Source of the DNA: a virus
Lineage: Duplodnaviria > Heunggongvirae > Uroviricota > Caudoviricetes
Length of the DNA stretch: 64,000 nucleotides
Reading direction: 5' to 3' (one strand)
IMG/VR virus record: IMGVR_UViG_3300029142_000001
Location: 1-64,000 of that record
The notes under the pieces are model-generated. The model made no database searches. It was not told where the DNA came from and was given only the letters and a program-made list of their open reading frames with translations. The position numbers and the translations under genes were made by a program. Each line of letters begins with the position of its first letter. Positions within the stretch are counted from its first letter, which is position 1. This document shows positions 57,638-64,000 of the stretch, piece after piece.

Positions 57638-57686
57638 AAATCCATAAATAGTAAAGATCATTAACTATTAAAAAGGATCTTTACAG

Positions 57687-60041
57687 ATGGCAAATTACTA
57701 TATCCGCCAGGATGCTACTTCTGGCGATGGATCAGAAAATTCTCCATATGGCTCATTTACAGAATTTCTAGCAGCAGAATCGCCTTCTTCTGGTGATTCT
57801 GTTTTTATATCAAACCTTAAACCCCTTCTAGAAGGAGAAGTCACTATGACTGATCTAACTGGGGTGACTTTTGATGTTTGGGATGAAAGAAATGATGGAT
57901 CGAGATGGCAAAAATGGAATGCAGAATCTGCTACACCGGCGACACTTCATGCTACCGGTGCAGGATTTAGAGTATATAAAACTGCAACAGCAGTAAATGC
58001 AAATGCTTTAGGGGCAACAGAAGAATGGAGCAAATCTAAAGATTCAAATGGCAATCGTTATGGATTTCTAGAAGAACAAGCAAATACAACTGCATTAGAA
58101 ACAAATCGTGGACATTTTATCGATGGATCCAATATTTTGTTTGTTTCTGTGCCTCTTTCTACAGATACAACAGGAAAAGAATATCTTGTTCTGATTCCTG
58201 GTCATGGAATTATCATGACCGGATGTACAAATTGTACTATGAAAAATGGTGTTGTAGGTTTAACCACAGAAAATGGTAACGGTAACGGATATGGTATTCG
58301 AATTACCGGATCTAGTAAAAACAATACATTTATTGATATGGAATTTGATGGTTGTCAATATCATGGATTTGGTGATATTTCAAATTCTCCTACACACACA
58401 TTAACAAGACCAATTTTTAGAACACATATCCGAGGAACAGATTCTCAATATGTTGCATTTGGTAATAATGGGATTATCGAAAATTGTGTTGTTGATGGTG
58501 CCCATTTCTGGCCAGCACCTTGGATGTATGTTGATCAAACTTCTGTAGATGATTGGCAGTCATCTTCTTTGACGGCTGGAATCAAAGCTATTGCAGCACA
58601 CCATGCGGATGATACTGATTGTTCAACAGCAGTGCAAGGAATTGTTATTAAAAATTCTATACAACATCCAAATACATATCTCCCAGAAGTAAGATCTGAA
58701 TATGCAACATTTTCTGCAAATGCAACAAACCATCCAGTTCCTTCAGATTTAGATGATTGGGAAACATATCCGGTCGTGTTTAGAGATAGTGAAGCTTCTG
58801 GAGAAATTCAAGTTGGTGGAGGTTCAAAAGGCTCTACAAATTCTGTAAATCATGTAAATATTGCTATTGTTAGAAGTACTTTTGATATTGATGGATCTGA
58901 TGCATCCAGGCCAAATACTGCTTACGGTGGATTTATCGCAACGAGTTGTCAGTCTGTAGATGCTGATATTACCTCTAATATTCTTTGTGTTTCTTCTCTT
59001 CTGGCTGCAAAAACAAATTCTACGGCAGATACAAGAGTTATATTTAATCGATTAAACGGTGCAACTATGACTTTGATAAATTGCACACTGTATCTAAAAG
59101 GATCATACTCTGATAGACAGGCTATATGGAGCGGTGCGTCTAGTATGGGACAATTAAAAATTATTGATAGTATCTTTGTTGCGGATGAAGAAGATGGTGG
59201 AGATACAACACCAGGATTGCTAGCCGGTGGTGGAATGACACAAGCAAAAATTACTTCAGATTGTGTCATGGAAGGAAATTGGTATTCTCCTAATCTTTCA
59301 GATACTTACAACAATGCTGTTGGTGGAGTTAGTAAATCTTGGTGGCAATCAAATGTTGATGTTGCTGCAAATGATCCAGAATTTACAAGAACACCATCTT
59401 ATAATTCTTCAAATGAACCTTCTGTCAATATTAAAAATCTTAGATCAAATAGAAAAACTACTGGACCAGAAGGAAGAAATTCAAGACCATTCAATCAGAG
59501 ATATGGGCCAGATCAATATGGATTGGCAACTTCAAGAAAAGCTGGATTATGGGGAGTATCATCATCTAATGTTGATAGTCCTAATTGGTTAAGTCCTATT
59601 GAGCAAAAATCAGCAATTCTTACACAAAGAGGATGGGAAATTAGATCAAACGGTAATGGAAATCCAAATGCGATGGAAGTTATTGTAAGTGGTAATTTTG
59701 CAAATTCGGAATCAATTAATGAAGCACCAAGATTTTATGAAGGTTCGTATGATCTTTCTAGAACATTAGTGGGTGTTTCAGGTGCAGAAATCAATCCGTA
59801 TTTGATTGAAGTTGTAGACTCAAATAAAATTCTTGGAGAAGATACGGTAACAATTGGATCTACTTCTGGATTCCCTGGAGGCGTATATGTTGAACCAGCT
59901 TCAAATATTACAAGTCCTATAACCTTATTCAGAATTGTTGGAACTCCCGAAGTTACTGGAGAAGGAATTGGAAGTATTACCTTTGCTGATTCATATGGAT
60001 TAGAGGTTAATGCTCAAATAACCTATTCTATCGAAGAATAA
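57687..60041 (+). CDS. right-handed beta-helix (pectate-lyase fold) protein, possible tailspike/depolymerase or glycan-modifying enzyme
   Basis: 784 aa; YYIRQDATSGDGSENSPYGS N-terminal signature and repeated short beta-strand units (NCTMKNGVVGL, GIRITGSSKNNTFIDMEFDG...) typical of parallel beta-helix proteins. Confidence 0.5.
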   Translation: MANYYIRQDATSGDGSENSPYGSFTEFLAAESPSSGDSVFISNLKPLLEGEVTMTDLTGVTFDVWDERNDGSRWQKWNAESATPATLHATGAGFRVYKTATAVNANALGATEEWSKSKDSNGNRYGFLEEQANTTALETNRGHFIDGSNILFVSVPLSTDTTGKEYLVLIPGHGIIMTGCTNCTMKNGVVGLTTENGNGNGYGIRITGSSKNNTFIDMEFDGCQYHGFGDISNSPTHTLTRPIFRTHIRGTDSQYVAFGNNGIIENCVVDGAHFWPAPWMYVDQTSVDDWQSSSLTAGIKAIAAHHADDTDCSTAVQGIVIKNSIQHPNTYLPEVRSEYATFSANATNHPVPSDLDDWETYPVVFRDSEASGEIQVGGGSKGSTNSVNHVNIAIVRSTFDIDGSDASRPNTAYGGFIATSCQSVDADITSNILCVSSLLAAKTNSTADTRVIFNRLNGATMTLINCTLYLKGSYSDRQAIWSGASSMGQLKIIDSIFVADEEDGGDTTPGLLAGGGMTQAKITSDCVMEGNWYSPNLSDTYNNAVGGVSKSWWQSNVDVAANDPEFTRTPSYNSSNEPSVNIKNLRSNRKTTGPEGRNSRPFNQRYGPDQYGLATSRKAGLWGVSSSNVDSPNWLSPIEQKSAILTQRGWEIRSNGNGNPNAMEVIVSGNFANSESINEAPRFYEGSYDLSRTLVGVSGAEINPYLIEVVDSNKILGEDTVTIGSTSGFPGGVYVEPASNITSPITLFRIVGTPEVTGEGIGSITFADSYGLEVNAQITYSIEE

Positions 60042-60056
60042 TTTCTCAAATTCTAC

Positions 60057-60084
60057 TTGACAAATTCAAATCTCCTGCTATAAT
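60057..60084 (+). promoter_or_regulatory. promoter (TTGACA-16-TATAAT)
   Basis: -35 at 60057-60062, -10 at 60079-60084. Confidence 0.5.
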
Positions 60085-60104
60085 CATATAGTGGGAGATT
60101 TTTT

Positions 60105-60311
60105 ATGACGAATTTGTTGGAATGGGCTCTTAAAAATAGAGAAGAGCTAATTGAATGCCGTCCGAAAAGGGGATGGAATGCATATACTTTTCGACTCTTC
60201 ACGGAAGTAAGAATTCCAGAAATGAGCGAAAATGAAATTAAAATGCATGATTGGGAAAAAATTTCAGAAAAAATAGAGAAAAATTTGACTTTTGGCGGAA
60301 AACTCGTATAA
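60105..60311 (+). CDS. hypothetical protein
   Basis: 68-aa ORF after GGGAGATTTTTT RBS. Confidence 0.4.
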   Translation: MTNLLEWALKNREELIECRPKRGWNAYTFRLFTEVRIPEMSENEIKMHDWEKISEKIEKNLTFGGKLV

Positions 60312-60331
60312 TTAGTAGTACCAAATAACTT

Positions 60332-60405
60332 GTCCCTATAGTTTAAGTGGTTTAGAATTTCTGACTTTCAATCAGAGGATCCGGGTTCGAGCCCCGGTAG
60401 GGATG
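60332..60405 (+). tRNA. tRNA-Glu (anticodon TTC)
   Basis: Acceptor gtcccta/tagggat, AC tctga/tcaga loop ctTTCaa, T-arm ccggg-ttcgagc-cccgg; resembles E. coli tRNA-Glu. Confidence 0.6.
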
Positions 60406-60442
60406 CTTCTTCTTTGAAAAGTGAATGAAGGTAAAGATAAGT

Positions 60443-60517
60443 GGGGCGGTAGCTCAGTTTGGTAGAGCAGTTGGTTGAAGTCCAGCGTTGTCGCAGGTTC
60501 AATTCCTGTCCGCCCCA
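60443..60517 (+). tRNA. tRNA-Phe (anticodon GAA)
   Basis: Perfect acceptor ggggcgg/ccgcccc, D gctc-agtttggta-gagc, AC gttgg/ccagc loop ttGAAgt, T-arm gcagg-ttcaatt-cctgt. Confidence 0.7.
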
Positions 60518-60769
60518 TTGAATGGTATAATCCTTACGCCATACGAGACAGCAGGAAGATCCTGCCCGTCAGTAAAATGTGGGATCGGTAAACTAAAGGC
60601 CGCATGGTTCCCTGTGTCTGATCAGCACATATCCAGTAAACCAAGAGACAAGGGAAAGACCTTTGACGATCGGAATAGACGATAGTTTTATGTGGTGTAA
60701 ATGGTGATGCACACCTGGAGTCGTATTATTCCAGGAGGAATGGGTTAGATACCCATCATACAAACTTTT

Positions 60770-60851
60770 CCACCTGTGGCAGAGCGGCAATTGCGGCAGA
60801 TTGTAAATCTGTTCCCGTTTGGGTTCGGGGGTTCGAGTCCCTCCGGGTGGA
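60770..60851 (+). tRNA. tRNA-Tyr (anticodon GTA), class II
   Basis: Acceptor ccacctg/cgggtgg, D gcag-agcggcaa-ttgc, AC gcaga/tctgt loop ttGTAaa, 14-nt variable arm, T-arm ggggg-ttcgagt-ccctc. Confidence 0.65.
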
Positions 60852-60856
60852 CTTTT

Positions 60857-60928
60857 GGGGGATAAGCTTTAATGGTGAAGCACTTGACTTTTAATCAAGA
60901 GAACGGGGATCGTTACCCCGATCCCCTA
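60857..60928 (+). tRNA. tRNA-Lys (anticodon TTT) with atypical T-loop
   Basis: Acceptor gggggat/atcccct, D gctt/aagc, AC cttga/tcaag loop ctTTTaa, T-arm cgggg-ATCGTTA-ccccg (A54/T58 swapped). Confidence 0.55.
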
Positions 60929-60948
60929 TTTATAATGATAGGTAAAAA

Positions 60949-61378
60949 TATGCATAATAAAATAAAAGGTACGATAGGAGAAGCAAAAATACTCCATGAT
61001 TTGCTTGAAAAAGAATTTAGGGTTTTTACTGAATTTGGAGATCTTTCTAAGATTGATTTGATTGCTGAAAAAGATAATAAACTTTTTCGATTTCAAGTAA
61101 AAGCATATCATTCTAAAAATGGAGTTGTTAACTTAGAAAGAAGAAAAAGAGGTCCAAATTATAAATTTGTATACCAAGAAAAAGATGTAGATATTTTTGC
61201 AGTATATGTTTTAGATAAAGATTTAATATTTTATGTTTCAAGTGAAGATTTATGTTCTGCTAAAACTCAACTAAGTTTCAGAATAGATCCACCAAAAAAG
61301 AAACAAACAAAAAATATTAGATATTTAAAAGATTATACACTTGAAAAAGCACTTTCGAGGGATAAGCTTAAGTGGTGA
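60949..61378 (+). CDS. PD-(D/E)XK-type nuclease-like protein inserted between two tRNA-Lys genes
   Basis: GDLSKIDLIAEKDNKLFRFQVKA fits D...(D/E)xK; start placed after the tRNA; 3' end overlaps the next tRNA by about 20 nt. Confidence 0.4.
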
Positions 61379-61428
61379 AGCATTCGGTTCTTACCCGAAA
61401 GAATAGAGTTCGATTCTCTAATCCCTTA
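61357..61428 (+). tRNA. tRNA-Lys (anticodon CTT)
   Basis: Acceptor gagggat/atccctt, D gctt-aagtggtg-aagc, AC ttcgg/ccgaa loop ttCTTac, T-arm tagag-ttcgatt-ctcta; 5' half nearly identical to the tRNA at 60857. Confidence 0.6.
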
Positions 61429-61457
61429 TTTTAAATTAAAACATAAGGAAATATATT

Positions 61458-61718
61458 ATGGATAATACACATCTAATGCAAAGATTGAATAATATTGATT
61501 ATGATTTTTTTACTTTTGGTGATAATGATTCTCGTCAGGAAGAACAAATTCTTGCTGAACTTGAAATGGCATCTGTTGATCAGTTGTTTAGAGGATATCA
61601 TAATCTTCTTCACGAAGCAGAACATTGGTCTATTGGATCGCGTATAGATCGTGTAGTCGTATCTCTTTGTTTTGAAAGAATGCAAATCATTCAAAGGCGA
61701 ATTGAAGAAATTATTTAA
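61458..61718 (+). CDS. hypothetical protein
   Basis: 86-aa ORF after AAGGAAATATATT RBS. Confidence 0.45.
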   Translation: MDNTHLMQRLNNIDYDFFTFGDNDSRQEEQILAELEMASVDQLFRGYHNLLHEAEHWSIGSRIDRVVVSLCFERMQIIQRRIEEII

Positions 61719-61723
61719 TCATT

Positions 61724-61795
<72 letters not shown>

Positions 61796-61973
61796 TTAAA
61801 AATGAGTATATTTGGTATCTATGCCAATTTTGCGGGTGTAAAATAGGTATCACCTGTCAATATACGGGATTACCCGAAGGTTGGGATTATGTCAGGACTT
61901 CCATGCTTGAGTTGTCAAGGCACCAGCTACAGTTTAAGCATTGTGGGAATGGAGACCCACTATATTCATTTTA

Positions 61974-62057
61974 GAATCGGCTGGGCGATGGCGAGCCCAA
62001 GAGACCGTACATCTCTTAGAAACAATTTTTGTGATGGTTCGAATCCATCCCGATTCA
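61974..62057 (+). tRNA. class-II tRNA with GTA anticodon (Tyr-like, atypical anticodon loop)
   Basis: Perfect acceptor gaatcgg/ccgattc, D gggc-gatggcga-gccc, AC agaga/tctct loop ccGTAca (C33, C37), 16-nt variable arm, T-arm gatgg-ttcgaat-ccatc. Confidence 0.45.
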
Positions 62058-62077
62058 TTTTTTTTATTTTAAATTGC

Positions 62078-62105
62078 TTGACTTTCTCATATTTCACGCT
62101 ATAAT
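62078..62105 (+). promoter_or_regulatory. promoter (TTGACTTT-16-TATAAT)
   Basis: -35 at 62078-62083, -10 at 62100-62105. Confidence 0.55.
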
Positions 62106-62258
62106 ATAACTCTCAACCATATTGTGGGTAAAAGATAAGAGTGAAAACACCGCCTAGAAAGTTCGATTCTTTCATATCTAGAAATGAGAGCCAGATATCT
62201 GGAAGGATAGGTCAAAAGAGTTCGATTCTCTTAATATGGTTTTAAAAGGAGATTTCAA

Positions 62259-62468
62259 ATGTTTGAAGGATTTATTATTGCTATTTTCATTATTACTGTT
62301 TTGGTTGGATTGGCATTCATTGTAACAGCAAATATGTTTCCTGGAATGACTGAAATCGGAGATCCGACACCTAAGCGATATCGAAATGTTCCTATCGGAC
62401 AAATTAATCATACCAAATATTATGGAAAAGTATAAATCGAATGAGAACCTTGGGAAGTCCAAGTAGTA
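62259..62468 (+). CDS. small membrane protein (ORF absent from the supplied ORF track)
   Basis: 69 codons read directly from the sequence after a strong AAAAGGAGATTTCAA RBS; N-terminal TM helix FIIAIFIITVLVGLAFIV. Confidence 0.5.
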
Positions 62469-62499
62469 TTATTCCCCAGAGTCTTCGGACTCCATATTT

Positions 62500-62583
62500 G
62501 ATTGGGTGGCTGAATGGTTTAAGCAACGGACTGTTAATCCGTGAGATTAATTCTCAATGCAGGTTCGAATCCTGTCCCAATCG
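62500..62583 (+). tRNA. atypical class-II (Ser-like body) tRNA with GTT anticodon
   Basis: Perfect acceptor gattggg/cccaatc, D-arm tggctgaatggtttaagc like tRNA-Ser, AC acgga/tccgt loop ctGTTaa, 16-nt variable arm with gaga/tctc stem, T-arm gcagg-ttcgaat-cctgt, discriminator G. Confidence 0.45.
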
Positions 62584-62601
62584 TTCATAAGGAATTAGAG
62601 T

Positions 62602-63165
62602 ATGAAGGAAATTATAAAAGATTGTAAACATCATGGACAAAATCAAATACATGTTGTAGACAGTATTGGAAGAAGTAGATGTAAAAAATGTAGGTCTAAA
62701 GCAGTTATAAAATCAAGAAAAAAAAGAAAACAAAAACTAGTAGAATACCGTGGCGGTAGATGCGAATTATGTAATTATAGTAAATGTTATGATGCATTGG
62801 AATTTCATCATATTAATCCAGATGAAAAAGAATTTGGATTATGTGTAAGGGGATTGACAAGATCGTGGGAGGAAATAATTAATGAATGTATGAAATGTAT
62901 TTTAATTTGCTCAAATTGTCATAGGGAACTACATAACGGGATGACTAAAATACCGGAAGATTATACTCCAATAATAAATGAAAAAATAGAATTAAAAATT
63001 ATAAAGGGTCGATCAAGACCTTACGATAAAAAAGATATTAGAGTTTGTACGAATTGTAATAAAAAATATCAAGCAAAATCAAAAAATCAGAAATATTGTT
63101 CATCAAAATGTAATATTCAAGTAAAAAATAAATTAAATAGGACATCAAAAAAAATAATGAAATGA
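62602..63165 (+). CDS. HNH homing endonuclease
   Basis: CKKCRSKA...CELCNYSKCYDALEFHHINPDEKE...CSNCHRELH HNH core with zinc-binding cysteines. Confidence 0.6.
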   Translation: MKEIIKDCKHHGQNQIHVVDSIGRSRCKKCRSKAVIKSRKKRKQKLVEYRGGRCELCNYSKCYDALEFHHINPDEKEFGLCVRGLTRSWEEIINECMKCILICSNCHRELHNGMTKIPEDYTPIINEKIELKIIKGRSRPYDKKDIRVCTNCNKKYQAKSKNQKYCSSKCNIQVKNKLNRTSKKIMK

Positions 63166-63173
63166 TGTTTATT

Positions 63174-63245
63174 GACTCCTTAGCTCAGAGGCAGAGCGTT
63201 CGGTTGTTAACCGAAGTGTCGAGATTTCGAAATTCTCAGGAGTCG
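63174..63245 (+). tRNA. tRNA-Asn (anticodon GTT) with atypical T-arm
   Basis: Perfect acceptor gactcct/aggagtc, D gctc-agaggca-gagc, AC ttcgg/ccgaa loop ttGTTaa, T-arm gaga-tttcgaaat-tctc (4-bp stem, 9-nt loop). Confidence 0.55.
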
Positions 63246-63626
63246 TTACGATAGATAGACTTACTCAATGAATTGTGATCAGATTCGAGTAAGTGGTAAG
63301 GGCTATGGAATGGCACGAGTAAAACAGTATTGTCATGCATCCCTGCGAGATTCGAAACTCGCCTATCATTTTCAGTGCTTGGGTGGAGAGACATTCAAAA
63401 TTCGAAATCATCAAATATAGTTTGTGCATGAATTATATGAGATGTTGCAGAATGTACAGGTTCGATTCCTGTCACTGGACTTTAAAAAGGTTTTGAAGCA
63501 CGAATAGATTAAGTGATTCATAAAGCCCTATCTAGCCTGGATAAGAGATTATCCGACCGAGAGCAGGGCAGAATAATCAGGTTCGAATCCTGATATCAAT
63601 ATTTTATTTTATGAAAGGAAATATTT

Positions 63627-63971
63627 ATGACAACAATTTACAATGATGGAAATCGAAGAGTAGCGAGATTGGGAACCCCAACAGCAGGGGGAGCATTTGC
63701 TAGTTATGGTGTCTATGAAAGTGATTCTATTGATCCTTTGGCCACCATTTATTTTCAACCAGATACAATTCCAAATGTTGGAGTCGTAGGAAATACAAAT
63801 GAAACTCTCATCTCTATGGTAATTGATCGTCTTGAATGTTTCCAGGCTAGTCAATTCTCTTGTGCTGAAAATCAATTCGCTTTAGAAAATCTAAAAGAAG
63901 CATTAAATTGTCTAGAAGAACGAACAAGAAACAGACAACAAAGAGGCGTAGAAGGGACACATGAGGCTTAA
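63627..63971 (+). CDS. hypothetical protein
   Basis: 114-aa ORF after GAAAGGAAATATTT RBS. Confidence 0.45.
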   Translation: MTTIYNDGNRRVARLGTPTAGGAFASYGVYESDSIDPLATIYFQPDTIPNVGVVGNTNETLISMVIDRLECFQASQFSCAENQFALENLKEALNCLEERTRNRQQRGVEGTHEA

Positions 63972-64000
63972 ATGTGGAAGAGCAATCAAATACTTTTTAT

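Noticed and set aside
60881-60900. cTTGACTTTTaatcaag as another copy of the phage promoter -35
   Set aside because: It is the anticodon stem-loop of tRNA-Lys(TTT); E. coli tRNA-Lys has the same TTGACTTTTAATCAA arm. No -10 sits at the right spacing, so the resemblance to the promoter motif is coincidental.
62178-62462. 94-aa minus-strand ORF
   Set aside because: The plus strand here has a promoter, a strong AAAAGGAG RBS and a 69-codon membrane-protein ORF (62259-62468). The minus ORF has no translation signals.

Overview
This window is an AT-rich (roughly 35% GC) double-stranded DNA phage region with clear T4-like content, dense on both strands. T4-like genes identified by direct motif matching are RNase H (rnh), a gp61-type primase, thymidylate synthase and DHFR, a GroES-like co-chaperonin, an Rnl1-type RNA ligase, and free-standing HNH endonucleases. 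Coordinates 1-10723 are a minus-strand block (glycosyltransferases, SPFH lipoprotein, nucleases, many hypotheticals). From 10770 onward the genes are almost all plus-strand.

The plus-strand genes are driven by a family of sigma70-like promoters with an extended conserved -35 (cTTGACTTT, then 16-17 bp, then TATAAT or TATACT). Several of these are fused to upstream terminator hairpins.

Notable content:
- A ribonucleotide reductase (probably class II) interrupted at its NPC|VEI active site by a 357-aa LAGLIDADG intein.
- NAMPT (NadV).
- An unusually rich RNA-repair set: an Rnl1-like ligase, an Rnl2-like ligase fused to a Myf/EMAP-type tRNA-binding domain, a third KxDG ligase, and RtcB.
- A small alarmone hydrolase (HD) and a MazG-like pyrophosphohydrolase.
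- Two glycan-modification clusters. One includes a GT10 fucosyltransferase-like gene, a GT25 gene, a sulfotransferase-like gene, GT-A and GT-B genes, and a CgeB-like gene.
- A tandem array of four paralogous small membrane proteins.
- A long tRNA cluster (about 46.2-63.6 kb) with at least 24 tRNA genes that I could fold by eye. Embedded in it are structured GC-rich non-tRNA RNAs, tRNA-like remnants, three HNH homing endonucleases, and a PD-(D/E)XK gene sitting between duplicated tRNA-Lys copies.

Several tRNAs look atypical: class-II (long variable arm) bodies carrying CAU or GUU anticodons, and 8-9 nt T-loops.

All calls are from manual reading of the sequence and the ORF track. No database searches or folding programs were run.
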